Under the pieces are notes generated by a model that worked only from the letters and a program-made list of their open reading frames with translations, did not search any database and was not told the DNA's origin. Made by a program: the position numbers and the translations under genes. A stretch of 64,000 nt of DNA, from the NCBI RefSeq assembly GCF_037042905.1, contig NC_087263.1, positions 8,930,001 to 8,994,000 on the forward strand, given 5' to 3'. Origin of the DNA: Lytechinus pictus. Taxonomy: Eukaryota. This document shows positions 50,600 to 63,674 of this stretch, in pieces (the stretch's first letter is position 1; each line of letters opens with the position of its first letter).

Positions 50600-51881
50600 A
50601 ATCTCATTTCAGTCTCCTTTCTTCACACAAACAAAAGCAAACAAATTTGTTTGTTATATTTGTTATCAATTTGTTTAATTGTTTTACTCTTGGGAGAGTG
50701 CGGTCATCGACACCTCAAAACAAATAACACGATCATTTCTCAAAATAATTACACCTCAAAACATAATGCAACAACTAGCGTCTAACACAGCTTGCATGCT
50801 GATTTGAATTACGAAGACTATACTAGTAGTCGTCAAATTACATATTCTGAAGTTGCTCTCATGTATGAAATGTATAATGCTTGCATAATCATGAAACATC
50901 AATATTTTAGATCTTGGTCGTATGTTAATTACATTTAGAATTAAGAAACAATCATGACAATCAGAATATTGAATTATCGAATTTTAGGAATTGAGTTATC
51001 ATTCAACTTGATAACTGTACTAAGATTTTGCTTGCATAAACAAGCAAAATCATGGACCCTGATAACTAATAAGGAAAATTCTCTGAAATTCCTATCCGAC
51101 CCCATTAAGGCGATCGAGCAGACAAAGAAATTTGCTCCAAGGTCAACCTACATTTTTATTAACCACTGTCGTAATTTGAACGGAAATAAATTGTTTAACC
51201 TGCTAAAATATGGTTTTATAAATCTCTGTGATTTAAGAATTCTTGGGGGAAAAAAATATGCTACTGCCCTGCATGGTGTGATGACCGCGAATGAAAGCTA
51301 ACCCAGTTCTCCCATCCACCTAACATAGCAACAATAACATGTTGCGTAATCACATACAATTCAACATTCCCCCTCAAATGAGATAACAATTCTCTTTCTA
51401 TACAATGCTAAGAGAATTTCACAATCTCATTTCAGTCTCCTTTCTTCACACAAACAAAAGCAAACAAAATTGTTTGTTATATTTGTTATCAATTTGTTTA
51501 ATTGTTTTACTCTTGGGAGAGTGCGGTCACCGACACCTCAACAAAATAATGCGAGGTAAAAGATCGAATTGGATCAAGATGCGTAATTACACTAACTAGA
51601 ATTGACTAGTATTAACATGTTCGTATATATACACCAACGTTGTACATTTGAACTTCCAAACTATTAAAAGTACAACCGTAAAAGTATTTACTCTTTGTCT
51701 TTACGCATAAAAAAACAAGAATAAGACAAATGTGACGAAAGAAAATCTATTACCATTTTCAGCACAGTGAAAATTAATACAAATTTCGAAGATATTAAAG
51801 AGTATACATAATTATCCCACAGAAACAAAATCAGCACGAAATAGCTTGACCTTTTGACATTTGATTAAAACGTTAGTTAAT

Positions 51882-52560
51882 TCAGAGATTCATTGCTCTT
51901 TTAACGGATAATTTGCTGGAAACTGGATCTTTTATGTACATGTCCGAAGATGTGGACTTCCAGCCACCTTGCCGTGCAATACATCTTATATTAACAAAGC
52001 CTGAAGCGGCTTCCGATGCTCCGCCAGCTCGTAAACTGAGCTTTCCGAGTTTGGAAGGATCCTTGTACGATGAAAGACCATTGACTATGATGTCTCTTAC
52101 GGTCGTGTAAGACAAAGGTTTGCTTGCAGGTTTGAGAGGGAGATCATGACGCTTCGTACGTTTGAATCCACAGACAAGGGGATGGCAACATGGCAAGGAC
52201 CTGACATTGCTACTGGGCAAGTTGGATTACCTGATGTGGCGATGAACACTGTGACGTTGGTGGTACTTGTTGTTTTTCCTTCTTGGGACGTACAAAGCCA
52301 TATGATAATAGAAGATATATCCTTCATACGAACAGAGTTCGTCGCATCTAAACATACCAACGAAAGCTACCAGCACATGAATAGAAGGCGAAGATCAGAC
52401 ACAGATGCGTCTTGGTCCCCTTTATCATGTTTATCTGCTACCAGCTGAGCCAAGTCTAAAGACGATACTGGTTTTTTTTTGTGATTTTGATTTAGCTAGG
52501 CTTCGACGATATTCCTCAACGGCCGATTTGACAATAGAGCCATAGTAGCAGGTGCCTTGG
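51882..52560 (-). pseudogene. Tyrosine recombinase remnant of the retrotransposon
   Basis: C-terminal (H>L)SLRAGGASEAA…IARQGGWKSTSSDMYIKD. Frameshifted upstream. Confidence 0.8.
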
Positions 52561-53154
52561 ACTTCAAAACGGAATCTAGATAGAACATTAACTGGAGAAG
52601 ATACTCGTTGGTCTGAAAAACTGATTCGGCCCATGTTTCAGTGATAAGAACATCTGAAAAAGAAATGGCAGTAAATGAAGTTGCAAATCGGGACAATTTT
52701 CTGACAAGAGTAGATTGCGGATGTGTATAACTGCTATCAATGCATTCTTTGACATCACCAAAAACAAAAGATTACACAGCATAAGTTATACTTAAGAGTT
52801 GAAAATATTTGCAACACTCGCTAACCAAAGAGCGATATTGCTACCGATTTATCGATCAAAATGTGGAAGACAATTGCTCGAGCTATAAATGATATAGATT
52901 CGCCGATTAGATTTGGCTAAACCTGAAATTATTAGTATTAGTATCATTATTATTTTATTTTTTTTATGTGTATCAAACAAATTTCAAAGATAATGTCGTA
53001 GGTCCTAGAATATAAGAACATTGAATCTTATCGACATCCAATCTTTGGCTCTGAATATCAGCATATAATGCATGGTAACATATTACAATCGTAATCAAAA
53101 GTATATAACTCAGTTCATCAACAATACAACTACATAAGTCTTCATGACGTTAAT

Positions 53155-53410
53155 CTTTGTATAAGCATGTACCGCTCATGGGCTAAAATCCATAACTGTC
53201 TTTGTATAAGATCCATAACTGTTTTGTATAAGCATGTGCCGCTCATGGGCTAAAATCCATAACTGGCTTTGTATAAGATCCATAACTGTTTTGTATAAGC
53301 ATGTGCCGCTCATGGGCTAAAATCCATAACTGTCTTTGTATAAGATCCATAACTGTTTTGTATAAGGCTAAGCATGTGCCTCTCATGGGCTAAGATCTAT
53401 AGCTGTCTCT
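53155..53410 (+). repeat. ~73-bp tandem repeat inside the YR retrotransposon
   Basis: TTTGTATAAGCATGTGCCGCTCATGGGCTAAAATCCATAACTG unit, about 3.5 copies. Confidence 0.85.
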
Positions 53411-53559
53411 CATGAACAGGATACACTTCGAATGCAAAATATTTGTTTTTCTGAAAATCAAATCAATCATATACTATACAAATTGATAGTGTTTAATTCT
53501 GTCTCTCATGGATCCGAAATTTGCAAAGAGTTATCGTATCTTGCAATCACAATTTTTTT

Positions 53560-54203
53560 TGTGTGTGTGTGTCTAAACCTTCAGAAATTAATTCAAATTA
53601 CCAAATTGTCGCTCGTGGACAGGAGGAGTGGACTCATGCCATTGGAAAGTCATATATCAAAAAATCAATTTGAAAAGTAGTGGACCGTTAAACAAACGCT
53701 TGCCTGGTTTGTACCCAATAGCCTGCCCTCTGCCAAGTATGCATAAATCTTGAATGGTAGGCAGCACGATGTGTGCTGACAAAAATTTCCGAAAATGACC
53801 GATGTCTGGCGAAAGGACTGGCCAAAAGTCAATCAAGGGCCATCATGGCCATTGAGGCACGTGACAGTACCGATTGTAATCGTTAAGTTTTTTGTGTCTG
53901 TATGATCCTTCAGAAATTAATTCAATTTACCATATTGTCGCTCGTGGACCGGAGTGGACTCATGCCATTCTAAAGTCATATCTAAAGTCATATCTAAAAA
54001 CGATTAATTTGAAAAGTAGTGGACTGTAAACAAACGCTTGCCTGGTTTGTACCCAATAGCCTGCCCTCTGCCTAGTATGCATAAATCTTGAATGGTAAGC
54101 AGCAGATGTGTGCTGACTAAAATTTCCGAAAATGACCGATGTCTGGCGAAAGGACTGACAAAAAGGCAACCGAGGGCCATTGAGACACTAACAGTACCGA
54201 TTG
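53560..54203 (+). repeat. Diverged tandem duplication of ~330 bp covering the 3' end of pol
   Basis: CCTTCAGAAATTAATTCAA…TTTGAAAAGTAGTGGAC…ACAGTACCGATTG is present at 53578-53876 and 53907-54202. Confidence 0.85.
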
Positions 54204-55459
54204 CTTTATATTTCATCATGTGTTTTACGGCATTCAGTACTACAGACACCGATGAGCATGCCCAATTGTTCTTCCCGGCCCAGTCTTGCGTGAAACAATC
54301 GGCAGCTTCGCAACCGGAATTCCAGTACCTCGAATTGAAAGGCGGTAGTTGTGAATCATAATGTGATGCAAATCTATCTCTTGAGTGTGGACCGAAACAA
54401 CTATCGAGCATGACGAATACTTTACGATTTAAAGACCAATCATCTGGATTAATGATTCTACTTATAATTAATCTGCCCGCTGGTTTGAGTCGCGCGGAAG
54501 CCATTATGGCTCGATAGTAACATTGAATTCCAGACATATGTTGTATAATTGAATACTCAAATCATGCAACAAAAAAGAATTAGTGCTACCATTGAAATTA
54601 TTCTGCACGCATTTTGGCTGTCGGAATACCCTTTCAACTTATGACCAGATAGTCTTGGTCCTAAGAATCTTAGAACATAAAGAATAGCACGAAGTTCACG
54701 GTTTGTTGAACTTTCCTTTTGTTCTAATTGGGAACATAGACTAAAACAGAGTGAGTCATTGAATTTTACTGAAAAGCCCCCGTAACCCGGAACGCTAGCG
54801 TTTGAATATACTGCTGAAGTAGCAGAAAGAAAAGACTTGATGGTTGCCCATTGACGGAAACCAATTTTTTGTGCCAAAATTCAAGTTCGACCTTCAGTAC
54901 CTAGCTGCGGACAACAAAACTCTACTTGACCGGGAATCCCGTCACTCTAGACTCATGTACATGCGAATAGCCTGGCGAGGGACCCAATTACTTCAAATGC
55001 TAAAATTATTAAACCAACAGTGCTTGCGATTTCTCGAACAGAGACGAATTGGGTGGGGGCAGTCAAAAGATGACTGATGGAATCTTGTATTTTCTGTATC
55101 TGTTTCTCTGGTAGAGAGAATTGCATATAAAAACTGTATCAATCAGCAAACCTAACCATTGACCGATTGTTGGGGAGTAAAAAAGCTTTTATACTCGCTA
55201 ACTTTTAAGTCCTGACAAAGCCAAATCCTTTCGAACAATCTGACTTGCCGCGAGAGCAGATATCCTATCGGCATGGCTTGAAATTCCATCGTCGATATAA
55301 AAAATTACGCTATGGCCCATAGAACGCCATCTTGTGACTAATGGCCTAAGCATTTTCGTAAAACAATGACTAGCTGTACTGAGACCGAATGGTAAAACAG
55401 AAAATGTAAAGTAACGGGTGCCAAACTCCCAAATTTACAGCTAAAACCTAGGAACATCT

Positions 55460-58400
55460 TAGTCCGGGGGCTGGGGGAGTTTATTTAGCTGATCGGGTAC
55501 AAAAGGTTTGATGGTCCCAACATGTTGGCATGATATCAGTGGTCAAGAAAATGTGTTGCTGCCGGGTCATATCCTGTACGGAAGGCCCAGAGGACCCCAT
55601 TTTTGTCGGCCATCTTGGATTTTTCATGAAAATCAATTATTTTCATTTTTTCGCACAAACAAATGAAAAATATTAAATAAATACGCATTTCACAATGATT
55701 TAGATAGTCTAAATCGATTGCAATCGTTTTCTGGACAGTCCGGTTAATATTTTTTGATAAATATAAGAATTTATGCCAACATTTCCATGTTTTCAGGCAA
55801 AAATTTGCATGTGCATTGATATCTTTCTGTTTTGTCATTAATATCAACAATTAATGCAAAATATCAGCACTCTACACGAAAGAGGATATATAAACGAGAA
55901 CATTGATATGCTTCATGACCGTATTAATGTCTTAACTTGCTTAGATATAGGTAAAATACCCCCAAATGTATTCCCCGATATTGCGATAAAATGACACCAA
56001 AAAGCAACCTCCGTCACTAGTCACACTAGTGATACCGACTACAATGCGCTCGCTGGCTTGCCTTTCAAAAGAGTACAATAGACTCAATCGGTCTTGCCTC
56101 GACTTTGTTGGTGTGACTAGCACGCACAAATGCATGTAATTAGCGTCGCGTTAGAATGTTAGAAAAGTGTATATTACATATATGGGTATGAGGGCAAAAG
56201 GCGTTTTTTACATATTAAAGCGACCTTTAATTATGTTAATGAAACCTCTTGGAAAAGTTAGAGGAGGCATTGCTCTGCATGTCGCAAGCAATTACATTCG
56301 GGCACCTTAAAACATAGTCCTGCAAGAGCCTGTCGAAGGTACCCCACCCTTATCCGAAGCTTGACCATTAAAATATCTTGCCTTTTGGAGCCCTCATTGT
56401 GGCAAAATGATGCTTCGGATAGGTAAAAAAACAACATTTATCTTCTTGAAATCACTTAGAGACGGAAGAGTAGGCTTTTCTCTATCAGCTACATTTAAAG
56501 AAGTGAGGGCACAGCAAGGCCTACCCTCTCAGGTGGCTGCCCCAAGTCACCCAGCCCCTTTTTCGTATTTTGCCCATTTCTTGGAAAATTCGACATTTTG
56601 GAACCACATTGATTAAAAAAAAGTGATTCTACTATGAAGTAAAGCGATTTATATTGTTTTAAACCATTTGGAGACAAAAGAGTAGAAATTATTATATCTA
56701 CTACATATAAAGCATTGCTGGAAAATTGAAGCCACCCCCGTCAGTGGGTTGCCGAAGACACCATCCCATTTTTCCGTATTTTGCAAATTTATGGAAAAAT
56801 CTGCAAATTTGGAGCCCCCAATGAGGCTAAAGGGTGTTTCTGCTAAAAAGCAATCCTTTTTCATTGTCTTAAAATCAAATGGAGACAAAAGAGTTGGCTT
56901 TCCTCTATCAGTTACATATAAAGAAGTGCTGGTACAGCAAAACTTACCCCCGTCAGGGGCTCCTGAAATTACCCACCCCTTTTCTCTTAGATTACCTTTT
57001 TACTAGAAAATCTGCGAATTTGGAGCCCACATTGAGGCAAAAAGATGTTTCTCCTATTATAGCAAACCACTTTCATCGTCTTAACACCACTTGGATAAAA
57101 AAGTAGTATTTTTTATATCTGCTTCATATAACGAATTGCTGGCATATCAAAGCCCACCCCCTCAGGGGGCGGCTGAAGTCACACAACCCCCAATTTCGCA
57201 ATTTCGCATTTATTCTATCAGTTAAAAGAAGTGCTGGTACAGCAAAGCCCACCCCTGTCAAGGGCTCCCGAAATTACCCAACCCTTTTATTGTTTTGTAA
57301 CTCATGGGAGACAAAAAATAGTATTTTCTCCATCAACTTCATTTCAAGACGTGCTCGCACACAGAAGCCCACCCCCGTCATAGGCTGCCGAATCCCCCCA
57401 CCCTTTTGCCTATTTTCCCACTTTATCAGTTTATTGAATAATTCGCAGTTTTTGACCCCCTCGTTCGGGCAAAATAGCATTCTTGCTATATAATGAAGCC
57501 TATTTGATTTTTTAAGCAACTTAAAGATGAAAGAATAGGCTTTCTTCTATCAGCTACATGCACAAAACGTGCTGGCGCATCGAAGCTACTCAATTCAGAA
57601 GCTGTTGAAGTCACCCCACCTTTTTGCCTATGTTCCCTCTTTATTGGAAAATGTTCAGTGTTTAGCCCATTGATGCAAAAAAGGTATTTCTGCTATGAAG
57701 TAAAACCACTTTTATTATTTTAATTTCCCTGGGCTTGGGGTGAAAGAGTAGGCTCTTTAAATAAAGAAGGGCTGGCACATCGACGCCTACCCTCTTCAGG
57801 GGCTGCCGAATATTAAGTCACCCCATCCTGTTTATCCATTTTGTCTAATTATTAGAGAATTCGTCATTTGGAGTCACCATTGAGGCAAAGGGTGTTTCTG
57901 ATATAATAGTAAAGTCACTTTTATTTTTTTAACCACCTGGAAATGAAAAAGAAGGCTTTATTAAATATATCAGCTACATAATTTATAAAACGTTGCTGGC
58001 ACATCGATGCCTACCCTCTTCAGTGGCTTCAAATTGGCAGATTTTTCTATAAATTGGCAAAATACGGAAAGGGGGCGGGGGACTTCAACAGCCCCCTGAG
58101 GGGGTAGGCTTCGATGTGCCAGCACTTCGTTATAATTTATGTAGCAGATAGAGAAAATACTACTCTTTTGTATCCAAGTGGTTTTAAGACAATAAAAGCG
58201 GTTCGCTATATAAGAGAAACATCTTTTTGCCTCAATATGGGCTCCAAATTTGCAAATTTTCTATTAAAAAGGTAAAATACGGAAAAGAGGTGGGTAATTT
58301 CAGGAGCCCCTGACTGGAGTAGGCTTTGCTGTACCAGCACTTCTTTATATGTAACTGATAGAGGAAAGGCAACTCTTTTGTCTCCATGTGGTTTGAAGAC

Positions 58401-60854
58401 AATGAAAATAATTGCTTTTTTAGCAGAAACACTTTTTAGCCTCAGTGGGGGCTCAAAGTTCCCAGATTTACTAATAAAAAAGTATAATACGGAAAAGGGG
58501 TGGGTGATTTCGGGAGCCCCTGACGGGGGAAGGCTTAGGTGTGCGAGCGCGTCTTCAAATGAAGCTGATAGAGAAAATCCTACCTTTTCGTTTCCCAGGA
58601 GTTACAAAGCAATAAAGTGACTTTTTTGAAAAGCAGAAACGTCGTTTGTCATGTTTGTCTCAATGGGGCTCCAAAATGCCAATTTTTTTCTAGAAATGGG
58701 CAAAATATGAAATAGGGGTTGGGTGACTTCAGCTGCCCCCTGAGGGGATAGGCTTCAATGTGCCAGCACTTCGTTATAATGTAACAGATATAAAAAATAC
58801 TACTTATTTGCATCCAAGTGGTTTTAAGACAATGAAAGTGGTTTGCTATTTAGAAGAAACATCTTTGTGCCTCAATGTGGGCTCCAAATTCGCAGATTTT
58901 CTAAAAAATGGGAAAATATGGAAAAGGGTTGGGTAGTTTGGGGAGCCCTTGACGGGGGTAGGCTTTGCTGTACTAGCACTTCTTTATTATGTAACTGATA
59001 GAATAAATGCTACTCTTTTGTCTCCAAGTAGATTTAGGCAATGATTGATATATATATATAGCAGAAACACCTTTTTGCCTCAATGGGGGCTCCAAATTGA
59101 CAGATTTTCATATAAATTGTAAAAATGCGAAATGGGGGTTGGGTGACTTCAGCCGCCCCCTGAGGGGGTAGGTTTCGATGTGCCAGCAATTCGTTATATG
59201 AAGCAGATAGAAAAAAATACTACTTTTTATCCAAGTGGTGTTAAGACAATAAAAGTGGTTTTTTACAGGAGAAACATCTTTTTGCCTCAATGTGGGCTCC
59301 AAATTCGCAGATTTTCTAATAAAAAGGTAATCTAAGAGAAAAGGGGTGGGTAACTTTTGGAGCCCCTGACGGGGATAAGCTTTGCTGTACCAGCACTTCT
59401 TTATATGTAACTGATAGTGGAAAGGCAACTCTTTTGTCTCCATGTGATTTTATGACAATGAAAATGGATTGCTTTTTAGCAGAAACACCCTTTAGCCTCA
59501 GTGAGGGCTCCAAATTTGCAGATTTTTTCCATAAATTTGCAAAATACGGAAAAAGGAGATGGTGTCTTCGGCAACCCACTGACGGGGGTGGCTTCGATTT
59601 CCAGCAATTCTTTATGTAGTAGATAAAAGAATTTCTACTCTTTTGTCTCCAAGTGGTTTAAAACAATAAAAGTGGCTTCACTCCATAGTAGAATCACCCT
59701 TTTTCATCAATGCGGCTCCAAAATGTCGAATTTTCCAAGAAATGGGCAAAATACGAAAAAGGGGCTGGGTGACTTGGGGCTGCCCCCTGAGAGGGTAGGC
59801 TTTGCTGTGCCCTCACTTCTTTAAATGTAGCTGATAGAGAAAAGCCTACTCTTCCGTCTCTAAGTGATTTCAAGAAGATAAATGTTGTTTTTTACCCATC
59901 CGAAGCATCATTTTGCCACAATGAGGGCTCCAAAAGGCAAGATATTTTAATGGTCAAGCTTCGGATAAGGGTGGGGTACCTTCGACAGGCTCTTGCAGGA
60001 CTATGTTTTAAGGTGCCCGAATGTAATTGCTTGCGACATGCAGAGCAATGCCTCCTCTAACTTTTCCAAGAGGTTTCATTAACATAAAGGTTGCTTTAAT
60101 ATGTAAAAAACGTCTTTTGCCCTCATACCCATATATGTAATATACACTTTTCTAACATTCTAACGCGACGCTAATTACATGCATTTATGCGTGGTGGTCA
60201 CACCAACAAAGGCAAGGCAAGACCGATTGAGTCTACTGTACTCTTTTGAAAGGCAAGCCAGCGAGCGCATTGTAGTCGGTATCACTAGTGTGACTAGTGA
60301 CAGAGGTTGCTTTTTGGTGTCATTTTATCGCAATATCGGGGAATACATTTGGAGGTATTTTACCTATATCTAAGCAAGTTAAGACATTAATACGGTCATG
60401 AAGCATATCAATGTTCTCGTTAATATATCCTCTTTCGTGTAGAGTGCTGATATTTTGCATTAATTGTTGATATTAATGACAAAACAGAAAGATATCAATG
60501 CACATGCAAATTTTTGCCTAAAAACATGGAAATTTTGGCATAAATTCTAATATTTATCAAAAAATATTAACCGGACAGTCCAGAAAACGATTGCAATCGA
60601 TTTAGACTATCTAAATCATTGTGAAATGCGTATTTATTTAATATTTTTCATTTGTTTGTGCGAAAAAATGAAAATAATTGATTTTCATGAAAAATCCAAG
60701 ATGGCCGACAAAAATGGGGTCTTCTGGGCCTTCCGTACAGGATATGACCCGGCAGCAACATATTTTCTTGACCACTGATATCATGCCAACATGTTGGGAC
60801 CATCAAACCTTTTGTACCCGATCAGCTGAATAAACTCCCCCAGCCCCCGGACTA
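55460..60854. mobile_element. 5.4-kb foldback DNA transposon (Academ-like), non-coding
   Basis: Ends TCT|TAGTCCGGGGGCTGGGGGAGTTTATT and AATAAACTCCCCCAGCCCCCGGACTA|TCT. The ~1.7-kb arms are near-identical. Inner ~190-bp units switch orientation near 58025. It interrupts the RT domain. Confidence 0.9.
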
Positions 60855-61635
60855 TCTACATCTGATGTGGGTCATACTTCGTAATATATCTATATGGTGA
60901 TAACCAGATTCCAAATCGAAAGTGAAGAAAAAGAAATTACGTGAAAACATGTCCGCCAAAATTCGAAGATCTTAAATGTCGGTGGATAAAAATTATCATA
61001 CCAGTATTGTTTACATCGTTTCACACAGCCTATACCACCCCGACAGATTCTGAATTCAACATTGAAGATTTAATCTTGTAATCTTAAAACAGGTATTTAC
61101 GGTACTTATCTTTTCAATCTTAGGGTTTGTTTCCTCCCTGAGGGGCACCTCCGCTTCACACTGGAACTTTCCGTTATCGATAAATTTGGTGACTTCTTCG
61201 ATTTTTCCACACACGTCTTCGTTGTCATCGAATTGGCGCTGGCAGCCTTTTTTCTTAAAGGTTTTAGAGGTTGTCTTAGCACCCTTCACTGCAGCGTCGA
61301 GCTGCAGGCTGGATTATTCAGTTAATTTGCGTTAACAGCTTTTCCAATTTAGAATCTAGGACTGTGGCAACAAAGTCCAGATTCACCAATGCTGCATTGG
61401 GGTTGGGGTTACTGCGGTCGGCTTGCACGTTGGTATCCATTATGTAGTGTCTAGTTGAGAGCGAAAATTATGCTACTACCCTGTATGGTGTGATGACCGC
61501 GAATGAAAGCTAACCCGAAACCTCCCTTCCACCTAACATAGCAACAATAACATGTTGCGTAATCACATACAATTCAACATTCCCCCTCAAATGAGATAGC
61601 AATTCTCTTTCTATACAATGCTAAGAGAATTTCAC

Positions 61636-62072
61636 AAACCTAAGCTAGAATTATTCAAACAATCATTTAAATATGCTGGTGCTAAAATATGGAACGAGCT
61701 TCCACCCTGTCTTCAAAATGCAACGTCACTCGATAATTTTAAATTCAAAGATGTGCAATTCATATGTACTACATTACCTGAGAGTTTTAATTGTTTAATG
61801 AAAGAAATTGTAACCCAAACCCCGATATGCAGTCTCATGTACATTTTACATACCATTTTGTTCAAATTCACTTCGATCCACACATTGTTTTTTTTTTTTT
61901 TTATAGTACCTATATCTTTGTCGTAATTCGTTACAATTTATTATGCATCTTTTTTGTTTATTTATAATTCAGTTTGCTTCATAAATACATGAAACACAAC
62001 CATGATGTAAAACAGTTTTTTAACTGATCTTGTCATCCTGAATAAATATATTTGAATAAATAAATAAATAAA
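61636..62072 (+). mobile_element. CR1/L2-group LINE 3' fragment, right half plus UTR/tail
   Basis: Continues in frame as KPKLELFKQSFKYAGAKIWNELP…SLDNFK. Ends in a GAATAAA(TAAA)n tail. Confidence 0.8.
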
Positions 62073-62442
62073 AATGTGGGACTGAAACCAGTGTTCTCCC
62101 AAATACATGTAAAAAAATTATATAAATGGAATGCTGTGGAATGAATGTGCATATAATTCGCGTATTGGTGTCTACGTCACGAAATAGATAATTTTAACGT
62201 TGCATCGTTTAAATGCATTCTCTTTACGTTTAAAAAGTACATTGCTTGCGTTTTAGAAAAAATACACTTTTAGTTCACGTCAATTCGAATCGCAAGAGAA
62301 AGAAAAGTATATTTTCACATAAATATCTTATGTGAAAAATTTCAAAAATCAATAAGATAAGGCGAAGTGTCAGAAGCTGTAGCTTTCTATGAGGCTTTTA
62401 AGTGCGGAAATTGATTAACAAAAAAAAAATTAATGATCTTAC

Positions 62443-62560
62443 CATCAATGATATCCAAGAACAACAAGTGTACGACGTGCCTCTTTCCGAAGTAAGTTTA
62501 GATAGTTGTGTCCTTTTCAATGGAAATGACTTCGTATAAGCCCTTCACAGTTATAACTGC
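62443..62560 (-). promoter_or_regulatory. Candidate core promoter and 5' exon of a minus-strand gene (possibly the GS-like gene)
   Basis: On the minus strand, TATAAC lies about 28 nt before an Inr-like TCATTT, followed by a short unique segment ending ATG|GTAAGA. Confidence 0.3.
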
Positions 62561-62986
62561 GCATGAGCAATAAACGGTCATGACGCTTGTCATATTATAC
62601 TCATATAAACATTCGTGATTAGATGATTAATCCTTTAAAAACATTATTGCTGTCACATCCACTATAGAGTTACTATGTTTGTCCTCATTTATTTTTGGCA
62701 GGAGCCCAAATGATTGTCAATGTGCCAAAAGCGGACAATACTGTTACACCAAATACATGTAGTTTGGAAACTTGATCACTGACGTATACTATTCTTGTCA
62801 CCTGGTCTTTCTTCCATAGAATTTGAATAGCAGAAGATGATATGTCTGGACTGGAAAGTTTATACATCTTCACTTCAAAGTGCTGGTGCAAAGTGTTAGT
62901 AAAAATGAGAAAAGGTCATTTGCGAAAAGTTTATTTGAGTAATTTTGAACTGGCTTGCTTTGTCCAGATAAAAATGCGTGCCATGC

Positions 62987-63124
62987 AATTTCCAACCTGA
63001 TATGTAATAATCTTGAATATAATTTTTGTACAGGGATACTTGAAATATGTTTTGTTATATTTGTATGTCAAAATGTACAAAACAAACTGTAATTGTTGAA
63101 AATGGAAATAAACGAAATGAAATG
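62987..63124 (+). mobile_element. Short LINE 3' tail flanked by a ~110-bp direct repeat
   Basis: Tail GGAAATAAACGAAATGAAATG. 62878-62986 is repeated at 63125-63240. Confidence 0.65.
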
Positions 63125-63674
63125 AAGTGCTGGTGCACAGTGTTAGTAAAAATGAGAAAAGGTCATTTGCTAAAACTTAAAAGTTGATTTGAGTAATAGT
63201 GAAATGGCTTGTTTTGTCCGGATAATAATGCGTGCCATGCGCCTCGCGGCACTGCTGCTGTTTTCACCCTTTGGCGCTCGCGCAAGCCCAGTAGGATGAC
63301 ATCATGAACGTATAAATAGTCAGTCCTACCAATTAACGAAGACATTGGTATGTCATTTGTAATAATAACGTGAATCAAATTGGTTGGTAAGGGGGTCAGC
63401 TGCGCTGGTGTGTTAGAAGTATACATCTGATAGAGCCATTTTGATGGACAGCATCGGCTGAAGGAAGACCCAGATGACTCGGTAGGTGAAGCGAATTATG
63501 ACCCAGATCACTCGTGAGGTCAAGCATCGATCAACTTGATATATCCTGGGGGTAGCTTCAAGTTGCCTAATTAATATTTTGGTGCTGGTCGTCTCATTAG
63601 CCTCAATCAGATCGCATCCTAGACGGAATGGATTAAACTTCCAATGATATTCATCTTCTCAAAACCAAATCGTA

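Larger units (their letters stand above)
50600..61637 (-). mobile_element. PAT-like tyrosine-recombinase (DIRS order) retrotransposon with split direct repeats, decayed
   Basis: Gag-like FKKKGCQRQF; RT FTFDLESGYHHIDI…FLGFS…VLPFGLS…YIDDG; RNase H YSNAS…SSTNRELRAI…YSDSQN; methyltransferase-like DDWSL…DRFAS…FNS…DCFTQDW; YR SLRAGGA…QGGWKS…MY. Repeat A is at ~61465-61637 and ~51253-51424. Repeat B is at 51423-~51549 and 50600-~50727. Confidence 0.9.

Noticed and set aside
55460..60854. Assembly or chimeric-read artefact producing the palindrome
   Set aside because: The arms differ at scattered positions, the ends carry a TCT duplication, and the interrupted RT resumes on the other side.
50600..61637. 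Ngaro assignment for the YR retrotransposon
   Set aside because: Split direct repeats fit both groups, but a methyltransferase-like domain follows RNase H, which is characteristic of DIRS1/PAT. A phylogeny is needed to confirm this.
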